A stretch of 59,677 bases of DNA from a virus (IMGVR_UViG_3300025009_000014:1-59677), one strand, 5' to 3'; shown: positions 1-9,273, numbered from the stretch's first letter. A program made the numbers and translations. The notes: generated by a model from the sequence alone, not told the origin.

Positions 1-127
1 ATCACGGGCTTCCGGGTATTTATTGGAATAATTGTACACCTTTAGCCTTGCATCCATGAGTGCAACAACACCCATGTAAATTTCCTTATGCTTGAATGTG
101 AGTTTTTTTGAACCCGGGTTGATGAAT
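1..127. repeat. Terminal direct repeat copy 1 (circular overlap)
   Basis: Identical to 59551-59677; 127 bp matches a common assembler k-mer overlap. Confidence 0.97.
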
Positions 128-249
128 TTACCGGTTTCGTCGAAAAATTGGTTGTTGAATTTTTCGGAAGCCTTCTCGTAGAGTTTGCGGGTTTCGTTCT
201 TTGAAACAGCCGGCTTGAAAAACTTTTGTTTATTAGAAACAATGTTCAT
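1..249 (-). CDS. 5' part of origin-spanning putative replication initiator (continues 59550->58222; ~525 aa total)
   Basis: Manual translation from ATG at 249: MNIVSNKQKFFKPAVSKNETRKLYEKASEKFNNQFFDETGKFINPGSKKLTFKHKEIY, in frame with MGVVALMDAR of ORF 58222..59625. Confidence 0.8.
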   Translation of the reverse strand, partial: MNIVSNKQKFFKPAVSKNETRKLYEKASEKFNNQFFDETGKFINPGSKKLTFKHKEIYMGVVALMDARLKVYNYSNKYPEARD

Positions 250-261
250 ACCTTTGTGATT

Positions 262-368
262 GAGATTTTATGAATGACTGTATTAGAAGTGCGGTTTTTG
301 TAAAGTCAATTTGTTTCGCAAGGATAGAATAGGGATCGCAAACCATTATTTCTATCCTTGTTTTATTT
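262..368 (+). ncRNA. Putative antisense RNA over the leader of the rep-like gene
   Basis: TTTG 225-228, 20-nt spacer, TACCTTTG 249-256; perfect 11-bp stem 319-329/350-360 followed by a T-tract. Confidence 0.5.
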
Positions 369-391
369 AGGATAAAAATGTAAAAAGGGTA

Positions 392-733
392 TTAAGCCTC
401 TACGGACTTACCTACCCTTTTTGAAGGTTTTATCCCCCCTTTTTTTTCAAAATAATCTATTTGATTATTACATAACTGCGAATCAATATACTTTACAAGA
501 TCGCCATATTTAATTTTCAATAATTTGCCCTTATTGCCGATTCCTATAAGTTTGAATGAATATGGGATTGTGGGTAAAAGCCTTTTGGCAAGATCAAAAC
601 TTATCCCCATTATTTCAGCAAATTCACGTGTGCCGACCAGGTAATTATAATCTTTTGTTTCAATTTTAGAAAGCAGCGCGGGATTAACCGAATTTTTATC
701 TGATAAACCTTTACTTTTAATTTCTTTTGACAT
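392..733 (-). CDS. Excisionase/Cro-like HTH protein
   Basis: GTREFAEIMGISFDLAKRLL HTH-like segment; divergent from the repressors; likely start MSKEIK at 733. Confidence 0.55.
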   Translation of the reverse strand: MSKEIKSKGLSDKNSVNPALLSKIETKDYNYLVGTREFAEIMGISFDLAKRLLPTIPYSFKLIGIGNKGKLLKIKYGDLVKYIDSQLCNNQIDYFEKKGGIKPSKRVGKSVEA

Positions 734-831
734 ATCTTTGTGGGTATTTGTGTGTATTATGGTGTATTTGTGTGTATGATGGCGCAACATTTATTTATAT
801 AAATAGCCCTTATTTTTATAGGGATTCGACA

Positions 832-839
832 CAAATTTA
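832..839 (-). promoter_or_regulatory. Bacteroidota -7 promoter box (TAAATTTG) for the leftward operon
   Basis: Matches TAnnTTTG in the divergent intergenic region. Confidence 0.5.
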
Positions 840-898
840 AAACATTTATTAATACGACAAATACTTTTCTTGTATTTTTTTACACAAATGTTGTTAAT

Positions 899-1285
899 AT
901 GAAAAACAATACTGTCAATCAAAGAATTGTATCACTGATGAAAGAATTTAACCACAACTATAATTCTTTTGCAAAGGAATTGGGTATCAGTTCTGTTGTT
1001 GTAAGCAATATAGCAAAGGGAAGGAACAACCCGTCCTTCGATTTTCTTCAAACCATAAGAAGAAAATACGATTGGTTAAGCTATGATTGGCTTATTGACG
1101 GTGTGGGTGAGATGAAAAGAAATGTTTCGGCCACATCACAGGTAAATGAAATGCAGGCCGAATACGGTAAAGCAAAAATGGTAGATCACGATATAGGATA
1201 CCTTAAAGAAATAATAGAAACACAAAAAATCCTGATAAGGGCATTGCAGGAACAAATCGATTTAATGAAAGGGGATAAAAAATGA
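899..1285 (+). CDS. XRE-family HTH phage repressor
   Basis: NSFAKELGISSVVVSNIAKGRNNPSFDFL...DWLIDGVGEM. Confidence 0.85.
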   Translation: MKNNTVNQRIVSLMKEFNHNYNSFAKELGISSVVVSNIAKGRNNPSFDFLQTIRRKYDWLSYDWLIDGVGEMKRNVSATSQVNEMQAEYGKAKMVDHDIGYLKEIIETQKILIRALQEQIDLMKGDKK

Positions 1286-1614
1286 AAAAGGAAGTGTTAC
1301 CCGAAATGCCGGGTATAAATAAAAGGCTGCTTTATGTGATACACATGAAATACGGGACCAACATCAACCGGTTCTGTAACTTTTCGGGGATCGTGCAGCA
1401 GCGTTTGAACAGGCTGTTCATAACCGATAAACGGTCCGACAAATATCCTACCGTTCCTGCAGACATTTTGGCCACCGTTGTCGAATTGTACGATGATGTC
1501 AATTCGGATTGGATATTAACGGGCAGGGGGGAACCGTTTATGACCGATAAAAACAAGGATTATCTGATTCAAATCCAACGTAAAACCATAGATGCATTGA
1601 AGAATAAAAGTTAA
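1282..1614 (+). CDS. Second CI-like HTH regulator
   Basis: INRFCNFSGIVQQRLNRLF...VNSDWILTGRGEPF; ATGA overlap with the first. Confidence 0.75.
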   Translation: MKKEVLPEMPGINKRLLYVIHMKYGTNINRFCNFSGIVQQRLNRLFITDKRSDKYPTVPADILATVVELYDDVNSDWILTGRGEPFMTDKNKDYLIQIQRKTIDALKNKS

Positions 1615-1802
1615 ATCACGAACTCGCTTTCAACGAGTTGGTAAAATTTAGGATCAAGTTTTCTTCTAAAGTCGATCTGCTTTCCACAGTATTTACATTT
1701 AATGCTCAGCTCCGATTGCGGGATCGGTTTCTTACATGCACAATATCTCGGCATTTTTGGTTTTAGGTATTTTCGTCTGGTTTTACTGATTTCGATCATC
1801 AA
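1611..1802 (-). CDS. Small Cys-rich (zinc ribbon) protein
   Basis: CAC...CKYC. Confidence 0.45.
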   Translation of the reverse strand: MMIEISKTRRKYLKPKMPRYCACKKPIPQSELSIKCKYCGKQIDFRRKLDPKFYQLVESEFVI

Positions 1803-1978
1803 AACGGTGTTTTTTCGTTTTTAGATTTCATTTTAAATTCATCGCATTTTATCTTTAATGCTTCTTCGGATGCACTTCTAATTATGGAAGCGGTATTGAT
1901 CCTGTTGGATTTCAAAAAGTATATATACCCGCTCATTTTATCGCTGATTCGTAACGATATTACTATTCTGTTTTTCAT
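1799..1978 (-). CDS. 59-aa ribbon-helix-helix-like protein (not in ORF track)
   Basis: MKNRIVISLRISDKMSGYIYFLKSNRINTASIIRSASEEALKIKCDEFKMKSKNEKTPF. Confidence 0.55.
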   Translation of the reverse strand: MKNRIVISLRISDKMSGYIYFLKSNRINTASIIRSASEEALKIKCDEFKMKSKNEKTPF

Positions 1979-2040
1979 GATTTTACAATCTTTTGTAATA
2001 CAAAAAGTGCGTTTAGCGATATGTTAGCAACAATAAAAAA

Positions 2041-2187
2041 TTATTGCGTTTGCTCATCTACTATCTTTTGTAATGCTTCGATGTAAGGTTCTATAAACTC
2101 ATTCTTACTATCCTTCATTACATGTATCAACTCTATCATATCAAAATAGAGCATCGAAAATTCAAAAGTTACTACATATTGATCCAT
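2041..2187 (-). CDS. 48-aa cassette-borne hypothetical protein (not in ORF track)
   Basis: MDQYVVTFEFSMLYF...; fills the space between GTTAGCAAC and GTTGCTAAC. Confidence 0.5.
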   Translation of the reverse strand: MDQYVVTFEFSMLYFDMIELIHVMKDSKNEFIEPYIEALQKIVDEQTQ

Positions 2188-2198
2188 AATTTTTAAAA

Positions 2199-2322
2199 GT
2201 TGCTAACAACAAACATAAGCCATTTTATCGTGCTTTTAATTTGCTGTTATGGTTAATATTAAGTTCATTATTTCAATTTAAGTTTGTGTTAAACGGCTCA
2301 TGTTTGCAGCCGTTAGCGGCAA
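2199..2322. repeat. attC-like imperfect palindrome
   Basis: TGCTAAC...GTTAGCG outer ends; inner inverted repeat CAAACATAAGCC (2210-2221)/GGCTCATGTTTG (2295-2306). Confidence 0.6.
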
Positions 2323-2324
2323 CC

Positions 2325-2708
2325 TTAGTCCGCAACATTACCGACAATCTCAAAGTCATTGATATGGTCACTAAAAAAGAATTTGCCATCGCATCTGTGA
2401 CAAGGAATGCAAACATCTTTAGTCGGTACGTCTAATTGAGCAAACTCAAATCCATTGCAGTTATCACACCAAACAATACAATTTCCATCATTATCAAAGT
2501 CGCCTTCAAAAATATTTTTGCCGTTTTTATCTTTTTGGTTTATAAATTGGCTTAATGAATTTGGAACAATGCCAACCCATTTGTTTTCGTCAATTTCCAT
2601 AAACACATCGTCCTTTTTGCGCTTAATAGTACCTTTTGCAATAGTCATACTTTCAACCCATTCGCCAGTATTAACCGATTTTCCTTTAAACAATATTTCT
2701 CTTTTCAT
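2325..2708 (-). CDS. YopX-family phage protein
   Basis: REILFKGK...QFINQKDKNGKNIFEGD...FEIVGNV. Confidence 0.85.
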   Translation of the reverse strand: MKREILFKGKSVNTGEWVESMTIAKGTIKRKKDDVFMEIDENKWVGIVPNSLSQFINQKDKNGKNIFEGDFDNDGNCIVWCDNCNGFEFAQLDVPTKDVCIPCHRCDGKFFFSDHINDFEIVGNVAD

Positions 2709-2743
2709 TTATTTGATATTTAATGATTTAACAATAAAAGGCA

Positions 2744-2843
2744 GCCGATAACACGTAATATAAAAAATTGGCTATCAAACTTTAGTCTAGACATTGATGT
2801 CATGATCAAAGCCAACTTTTAATATTACCAACGTTCAAGGCAA
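2744..2843. repeat. Second attC-like imperfect palindrome
   Basis: GCCGATAAC...GTTCAAGGC ends; inner TAATATAAAAAATTGGCT/AGCCAACTTTTAATATTA. Confidence 0.5.
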
Positions 2844-3175
2844 TGCCGTGAAAAACGGCCGCAAATGTGGAAACCCATCAACTCCGCCAATGACATCATT
2901 ACTATTTCTGCCGCTTCTTTTGATATATTAAAGTTTGTTATTGCAAGTTTCCCGTGTACACATTCACATATAGCATGTGGAGTATAATCGTGGTCAATTG
3001 TCCTGAATTCAAACATAAAACCATCTTCTTTCTTGCCAACTGTAACACGCCTGTTATCAAATTTATAACTGATTGCATTTTTATAATTTCTGCGTTTAAG
3101 TAAAAAAGCATCAGCCGCTAATACAGGCTCAACAGCGGGTTCAGTGTTTTTTGTAAGTTTATCTTTCTTTGCCAT
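2825..3175 (-). CDS. Hypothetical protein
   Basis: ORF in the dominant orientation. Confidence 0.6.
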   Translation of the reverse strand: MAKKDKLTKNTEPAVEPVLAADAFLLKRRNYKNAISYKFDNRRVTVGKKEDGFMFEFRTIDHDYTPHAICECVHGKLAITNFNISKEAAEIVMMSLAELMGFHICGRFSRHCLERW

Positions 3176-3232
3176 ATTCGTTGTATTTTGATTATTAAGT
3201 GATTCAAATTACGCCTCATTTTATCGCTCAGT

Positions 3233-3457
3233 TTAAGAAGCGACTGTCAACAATTCGACAGGTTTAAAAATTCGCATCGGAACTGGATGTTCAAGGAATT
3301 TGTCTTTAATGATTACCTTTATTCCTTTTCCTAAATCACCAAACAATCCGTAAACTTTCCAATCACATTTTTCTTGTGAACATTCGTATGGGTCTGTACT
3401 TTCTTTTTCGCAATTAGGGCAAATATATTTTCCAGTTGCCTTTAAGTTCGATTCCAC
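3233..3457 (-). CDS. Cys-rich hypothetical protein, possibly truncated
   Basis: YICPNC...C...CDWKVYGLF; an upstream ATG at 3512 is out of frame. Confidence 0.45.
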   Translation of the reverse strand: MESNLKATGKYICPNCEKESTDPYECSQEKCDWKVYGLFGDLGKGIKVIIKDKFLEHPVPMRIFKPVELLTVAS

Positions 3458-3578
3458 TTATGGCAGCGTGGTCTATTACTAATCTTTTTGCTTTTTCTAA
3501 ATTAGTTTCCATATTTTTTAGTATTTCAATTCCGTAAATAAAAACGCTTCATACACTTGGCCTTTATAAATCAGTTTG

Positions 3579-3803
3579 CTATATAAACGCATTACATTTG
3601 GTGCAGTATATTTCACCATCTTTTATTATCAGAGGTCTTGGAAATTTCATGCAATCGCAAACCGTATTTATAACATTCGGGTGGCTTAATTTTTCTACCT
3701 TGTTGGATACTTCCTTTATATAAAAATACAATGTCATTTCTCCTTTTTGAATCTTATACAATTTTGCAAGTAACTTTTTATAAAACTCTAATTTATCAAT
3801 CAT
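3579..3803 (-). CDS. Hypothetical protein with C-terminal zinc ribbon
   Basis: CDC...CTKC. Confidence 0.55.
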   Translation of the reverse strand: MIDKLEFYKKLLAKLYKIQKGEMTLYFYIKEVSNKVEKLSHPNVINTVCDCMKFPRPLIIKDGEIYCTKCNAFI

Positions 3804-3855
3804 TGTGTTTGTATTTTACTTAAAACTAAGCCAACCGCAAAAATGTTGGCAGCAA

Positions 3856-4068
3856 TTAAAAATCGAACCAAGGTCTAAATTCATTATCGCTTTTTAATAA
3901 CTCGGCCTCAATTCGTATTTCATTGACAATTTTATATTTCATTCGTAACCATTCTTCCTCTTTTGTAAATTTATGTTCCTTACAAAAGTTTGCTTTTTGA
4001 CGTAAATCAGTTTCTTTTTGTTTTAAAACTTCAATCAACTTATCTACATTTTGACTTAAATTTTCCAT
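3856..4068 (-). CDS. Cassette-like hypothetical protein
   Basis: Bounded by GTTGGCAGCA (3845-3854) and TGCTGCCATA (4086-4095). Confidence 0.6.
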   Translation of the reverse strand: MENLSQNVDKLIEVLKQKETDLRQKANFCKEHKFTKEEEWLRMKYKIVNEIRIEAELLKSDNEFRPWFDF

Positions 4069-4095
4069 CTCGTTTAAATATTAACTGCTGCCATA

Positions 4096-4497
4096 TTAAG
4101 ACAGATTTTCAAAATAAAATTTTCCATTAAAAGGACAATCTTCTGAAATACCAAATAGTGAAGCGACTTCTAAAAGATATGCCTTTTTCTTGTGCGACTT
4201 TTCAACCTTTGGATTTTTAGGTAGTTTCTTTAATCTTTCGTGAAGCCCGGCTAAATACCAAGTTCTAAAGGTTTCTAAATCCAAAGAACCTTTATAGTGG
4301 TTTACTATTTTTTGACACGGAACCATATTATCAACGTGGTGTTCTTTTTCAAAAACAGCACCTTTAGAAAACCAATTGCGAATGACAGGTTTAACGTGAT
4401 CAACTTGCCAATCGTCTTTTAATTCAGTTCCGGTATAGGCACATTTGCCACCGAACTTATTTTTAATTATTTCTCTATTTTTTTTTGAAATATACAT
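4096..4497 (-). CDS. HNH endonuclease-family protein
   Basis: KFGGKCAYTG...WQVDHVKP...NMVPCQKIVNHYKG; likely start MYISKK. Confidence 0.8.
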   Translation of the reverse strand: MYISKKNREIIKNKFGGKCAYTGTELKDDWQVDHVKPVIRNWFSKGAVFEKEHHVDNMVPCQKIVNHYKGSLDLETFRTWYLAGLHERLKKLPKNPKVEKSHKKKAYLLEVASLFGISEDCPFNGKFYFENLS

Positions 4498-4510
4498 TGT
4501 GAAAGAAATT

Positions 4511-4933
4511 TTACGTAAACAAAACGGCATCACCGCTTTCAAGTAAGCCGAATACATCGTAATGATGCGATAGCAGCCATTGAACGCTGTCATAGGGCAA
4601 ATTTTCAATTTTTAAATCCTGTATTAATTCTATGTCTCCTATCTTTTCCTCGCAAAATAGATCGATTACTTCTTTATCGTGTTGTTTACAGAAGTGAAAG
4701 TTTTGAAACTGTGTGCGGATTTCCGTATCTGCTTCCGAAATCGGTTTTAATATCGGTTTAAACCAATTTGGAGTTGCATTTACGGTATCGTAACATACGA
4801 TCGATCCGTCGGAATAAATCCCACCGACTGTCCCGATCACATAACTGCGGCAAGTTTTTTCATTTTTAAATGGAAGTCTTACCTTTAACCCATATGGTAA
4901 GTATGGGGCCAAATGTTGTACCTTTATTTTCAT
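4511..4933 (-). CDS. Phage hypothetical protein
   Basis: HLAPYLPYGLK...KPILKPIS...WLLSHHYDVFGL pattern typical of Bacteroidota phage proteins. Confidence 0.7.
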   Translation of the reverse strand: MKIKVQHLAPYLPYGLKVRLPFKNEKTCRSYVIGTVGGIYSDGSIVCYDTVNATPNWFKPILKPISEADTEIRTQFQNFHFCKQHDKEVIDLFCEEKIGDIELIQDLKIENLPYDSVQWLLSHHYDVFGLLESGDAVLFT

Positions 4934-4936
4934 AGC

Positions 4937-6084
4937 TTATAATTGTATTAATTTATTGCCTACTTCCTGCACAACAACGGTTGAAACCGCGTTTCCGATC
5001 ATTTTATAGCGTTGTGTTTTGCATATTTTCTTAACCGTTCCGTCATAATCACCGAATTTCGTCCAATCGTCAGGGAATCCCTGCAACCTTTCGCATTCGA
5101 TTTCGGTTAGCCGTCTTATATTATTTACATACGGAATATTATCACCCCCCGTACCCATTCTGGACGTAAGTGTTCCTACTATTTTTTCGTATATTCTTTC
5201 TTCACCATGCTTATGTTTTGGTTCAGAAACAAAATTATTCTGTTGAAATGCATGTGATGATATTGTCGGACATATCTTGTGCCTGCCTCCTTTGTTGAAA
5301 CCCCTGCCTTTTTGCTGTATAAGTATCGATCCGTTTGATGCGTTGCCTATTTGCGAACTTAACGCGGGTGAAATACCGCTCGATTCATACACACGGTCGC
5401 CTTGCGGTCGGTCGTTGCCGTCGGTATCGGTTCTCTTGATCTGTATCATTGTTCTTTTTCCATCTGGTCCTTTGTGATAATTACTATCGATTGTTCTGCA
5501 GACCACCCGAAATTTTCTTTTTTCTGAATTTTCATTAAACTTGAAATCGCTTTCTCCGATAGGAAATACCCTTGGCTTACTTCGTCCTGCAAGATGTCCG
5601 ACAAAGTAAACCCGCTCTCTATTTTGGGGGAGAAACCAGGCTGTATTAAGCAATTGCCATTCGCACTCATATAGCCCAATGTCGGCAATTGCTCGCAATA
5701 CGAGTTCAAAGTCTTTTCCTTTGTTACTCGATAAAAGACCTTTGACGTTTTCAAAGATAAAAACAGGGGGGTGAACTCTTCGATAATCCTAACTGCTTCA
5801 TAAAAGAGACCGCTTCGTTGACCAGATAAACCTTTTCCTCTGCCAGCAACAGAAAGGTCTTGGCAAGGAAACCCGAACGTAACGATGTCCGGTCGGTCTG
5901 TAATTGTTCTTTTGGAAATAGTTCTAATGTCTCCAACATGTTCAGCGTTTTTAAAGTTATGACGATAATTGGCAACGGCATGTTTGTCAATCTCGGAAAA
6001 ATAATGTTTCGTGAATTTGAACCCGGCCATCTCAAAGCCTTTTGCAAATCCGCCTATGCCTGAAAATAAATCTAAATAAACCAT
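4937..6084 (-). pseudogene. dcm: DNA (cytosine-5) methyltransferase, frameshifted at a C6 tract (5766-5771)
   Basis: DLFSGIGG and GFPCQDLS in ORF 5446..6084; FIFENVKG, PQNRERVY, RRLTEIECERLQGFPD and GNAV in the other frame. Confidence 0.85.
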
Positions 6085-6410
6085 CAGCTCCTCAACTCTC
6101 TCATTTGAACATGATTTTCATACTCCGGGAATTCTTTGGCGAACAACCTCGCGTAACGGCTTCCGTATGCATCGTTTATTTTGAATCTTACGGGTTCTCC
6201 GTCCAACATCACGAAATTGCGGTCGTCGGTTTTCATGAATACCTCCCAACGGATCACGTTCATGATGAGTTTGAACGATATCTTGCGCTTGCCGCTGTGT
6301 ACCGCCTGTAATGCGAATTCCTTGAATTTGGCATATACGTTCGGGTTTTTTCGGTGAAATTCCCTGAATGCCTGATCGATCGATTTTCCTGTTGAATTGA
6401 TAAAGTTCAT
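6084..6410 (-). CDS. Conserved phage hypothetical protein
   Basis: FREFHRKNPNVY...IRWE...FKINDAYGSRYARLF. Confidence 0.7.
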   Translation of the reverse strand: MNFINSTGKSIDQAFREFHRKNPNVYAKFKEFALQAVHSGKRKISFKLIMNVIRWEVFMKTDDRNFVMLDGEPVRFKINDAYGSRYARLFAKEFPEYENHVQMRELRS

Positions 6411-6450
6411 ATTAAATTATGTTTGGTTAATACATATATGTTTGTATGTT

Positions 6451-7047
6451 TTAATATAAGGTAGATGCGATACAGTCAACCGTATCCGCTTTAAGCATGT
6501 AAGAGTAAAACGATTCGATTATTTCGGGTTTCCCGTCGAATGTTTTTTTATTCGGATCGAAAATATACAGTTTGTCCCATTCCCTCAACGGAACCTCCGT
6601 GATATTGTCCTCTTTTGGGTTGAATTCGTCGAACTTCATCTCGGTTTGGTCACAATACCACATGATCGCCTCGAATATTGTCCTTGCACATATCCAGATG
6701 GTTTCGCCCTCCACATGGAATTCGTAAATCTTGAAGTCGTTGTTCGTATATCGGTAGATTTCACGGTCTATACGTTCTTCTATATCGTTCAGTTGATTGC
6801 GATAATGCTTGTCCACACCTATCCATCCCCTTACTTTCTTTGTATTCCCAAGTACAAGCGAATGCGAACAGTTACCTGCTATATATCCGATTTGGGTGAA
6901 CGACATCTTGACTTTCTCGCGAATAAAATAATGGATGATCTGACGGGCCTTGACTACTTCTTCTTTCCTTGATTTGGATTTAACCTTGCTTGCCGGCACT
7001 TTAAAATATCCGCAAACCTTGTCAATGATGATTTCTTCTGTTTCCAT
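6451..7047 (-). CDS. Protein with DnaA C-terminal-like HTH
   Basis: VCGYFKV...KSRKEEVVKARQIIHYFIRE...SFTQIG. Confidence 0.75.
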   Translation of the reverse strand: METEEIIIDKVCGYFKVPASKVKSKSRKEEVVKARQIIHYFIREKVKMSFTQIGYIAGNCSHSLVLGNTKKVRGWIGVDKHYRNQLNDIEERIDREIYRYTNNDFKIYEFHVEGETIWICARTIFEAIMWYCDQTEMKFDEFNPKEDNITEVPLREWDKLYIFDPNKKTFDGKPEIIESFYSYMLKADTVDCIASTLY

Positions 7048-7137
7048 GTTGCCAATTGGTTTAAAAGCGGTGCAACCATCTCTACACAGTGTTGTTTAGG
7101 CAATATTGCCGTAAAACATGCACCGCTTTTTAATGTT

Positions 7138-7545
7138 CTACAGTGTTTGTTTGCCGAAAAAATGATTGTGTATATCAATTAAAAAATCTTCTTCTTCTTT
7201 TTGCCCGATCCATTTGCATAAACCTTGTTCCGGATTAAGGGAATATTGATTTTTATCTTTGAACCAGATAACATACGGATAGATATGGTCACGAGAAGCA
7301 GGTTGATTTGGCATAAAAAAATGAACCTCCGGGATAGTATCTTTATCGGTGTGAATAATCATGAAATCAATGCCATCGCATTTGAGCATCAGTATGATGT
7401 CCTTGAATTCTTCGACAAATTCGAGCATCGTGAATTTTCTGATATTATTTTTAATGTAGATGTCCCGCAGTTTTAATTCCGTAGCGATACGCTCTCTTTT
7501 TTCCTTTATGGAATGCACCGTGTCTTTTAATGTAGTTGGTTTCAT
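7138..7545 (-). CDS. Hypothetical protein
   Basis: ORF coupled to the upstream gene. Confidence 0.6.
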   Translation of the reverse strand: MKPTTLKDTVHSIKEKRERIATELKLRDIYIKNNIRKFTMLEFVEEFKDIILMLKCDGIDFMIIHTDKDTIPEVHFFMPNQPASRDHIYPYVIWFKDKNQYSLNPEQGLCKWIGQKEEEDFLIDIHNHFFGKQTL

Positions 7546-8405
7546 ATTTTATTATTTAGTATCCTGCTTATTTTTGAAGGATGAAGGTTTAATTGTTTGG
7601 CAATTTGGGTTTGGTTCATCCCTGTTTTTTTCAATTCCGTTATCTGTGCTTTTAATCCCTTGGTCTGTTTTTCTTCCTGTAAGGCTTTTTTTTCTTCCCG
7701 GCTTATCTTCGGCTCATGTTTGACCGAACGTTTCTTGTACTCCAGATATGCCGTCAGGAAATTGAAATAAACCACGGCTGACATGATGATGAATGCAAGC
7801 CACCAATATTTTTGCCTGTTATCGGTAAACTTTTGTTCTGCACCCCGTATCTCCATGTCTGCAATAGTCCGCTTATCGGTTTTTTCATCCTGCAATACCT
7901 TTTGCAACCGGCTGATTTCGGATGCGTAGAACCTCAGTTTTTCGGTCTGCATCTCCCTGGCCGTTTTATATTCGTGAAGTTCGGCCTTGGCCAATGAATC
8001 ATAGATGAGTTTATTTTCTTGCAGCAATATGCTTATGCTGTCCTTTTCAGTCTCTATATCCCTGATCAGATCGGCCTGTATTTCTTTTTTGATATCGGTT
8101 TCCTGACGTAGCCACATCACCGCACCGTTGGTTGTCAATATAAAGGTGATGGTCAAAAAACCGAAAGCGGGTATCAGATAAATAAAAGGGAATCTTTTTT
8201 TAAACAGGATGATCCTGAACGACGTATAAACAAAAATGATCGTCCCCGCCTCCAATATCGTGAGCAGGATGGCGGTGATGACAGCCGAATAACCGTTGTC
8301 GATAATGACCGATACCGTTTTTTGTGTGTATATGAACCCTCCGGCAATGGAGAAAAGAGATGCTGTAAACCGTGCAATTTGAGAAAATATATAGACTGCC
8401 TTCAT
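7542..8405 (-). CDS. Multi-TM coiled-coil protein with C-terminal HTH
   Basis: Three N-terminal hydrophobic segments, coiled coil, TM, then GMNQTQIAKQLNLHPSKISRIL. Confidence 0.7.
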   Translation of the reverse strand: MKAVYIFSQIARFTASLFSIAGGFIYTQKTVSVIIDNGYSAVITAILLTILEAGTIIFVYTSFRIILFKKRFPFIYLIPAFGFLTITFILTTNGAVMWLRQETDIKKEIQADLIRDIETEKDSISILLQENKLIYDSLAKAELHEYKTAREMQTEKLRFYASEISRLQKVLQDEKTDKRTIADMEIRGAEQKFTDNRQKYWWLAFIIMSAVVYFNFLTAYLEYKKRSVKHEPKISREEKKALQEEKQTKGLKAQITELKKTGMNQTQIAKQLNLHPSKISRILNNKI

Positions 8406-8682
8406 TGTCAATTTGTTTTTTATGTTATTCCGGGATCGCATTCGGAACGTTTGTTATGCAAAGTAAAAGAATAATTTTGAATTATGCAAACATTTGTTTG
8501 TTTTTTTTGTCTTTTTGGTGCATTATGATGTTACTAACTTTATTAATCGAACAATGATAAATAGATATGATTATATGTTTCAATTTTTTAATTAAATAAA
8601 AATAATTCACGTTTTTTAACATTATTCAAAAAATAATACATATATTTGTTTCTATAAAACAAACCAATTAAATACAGATACA

Positions 8683-9273
8683 ATGAAACATTTACACATT
8701 ACATCGATCGCGCTGCTGATAGTCTTATTCGCGGCCTGTAAGGAAGAACCGAAGGTTATTTCGGTGGATCCTTTAAGTTTTAACCTTACCTACGAGGCAC
8801 AAAACGGGATATTCTCTGTGGAAAGCAATACGGAATGGACGATCAACCCCACTCAGATATGGCTGACCGTGACAAAGACAAGTTCTATTACGGGGGATTA
8901 TTCTGCTGAAATGAACAAAACAAACGAACTTCGGACCGCTTATGCCGAAGTATCGGGACCCGATGCACAGACACAGAACATCACGTTTATACAGGAAGAG
9001 TTTCCGATCTTTAAAGGTTGGATGCGTATGGGTGAAGGGTTCAGGGAATATTTTGATTTTAACGATATCCTGACCGGGAATTATAAATGGTATAATACCG
9101 TTACCTTACAATATGAAGAAGACCGTGACTTTATCTTTGATTTCGATCATGAAAAGATAACCCTCACATTCTTGGATAACTATGATGAATTTATTTATTT
9201 CTATTCGTTCTCTCCCGATCGGTCCGCTCTGACATTGAGTAATTCTTACGGGGATGAATATATTTACAACTAA
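8683..9273 (+). CDS. Lipoprotein with BACON-like domain (lysogen-expressed moron candidate)
   Basis: Lipobox LFAAC; VESNTEWTI...WLTV...RTAYAEV; own TATATTTG at 8641-8648. Confidence 0.75.
   Translation: MKHLHITSIALLIVLFAACKEEPKVISVDPLSFNLTYEAQNGIFSVESNTEWTINPTQIWLTVTKTSSITGDYSAEMNKTNELRTAYAEVSGPDAQTQNITFIQEEFPIFKGWMRMGEGFREYFDFNDILTGNYKWYNTVTLQYEEDRDFIFDFDHEKITLTFLDNYDEFIYFYSFSPDRSALTLSNSYGDEYIYN

Noticed and set aside
1-127. Biological terminal repeat of a linear genome
   Set aside because: Exactly 127 bp and mid-gene; best explained as assembler overlap of a circle
42-242. 66-aa ORF in the track
   Set aside because: Different frame from the real origin-spanning gene that starts at 249
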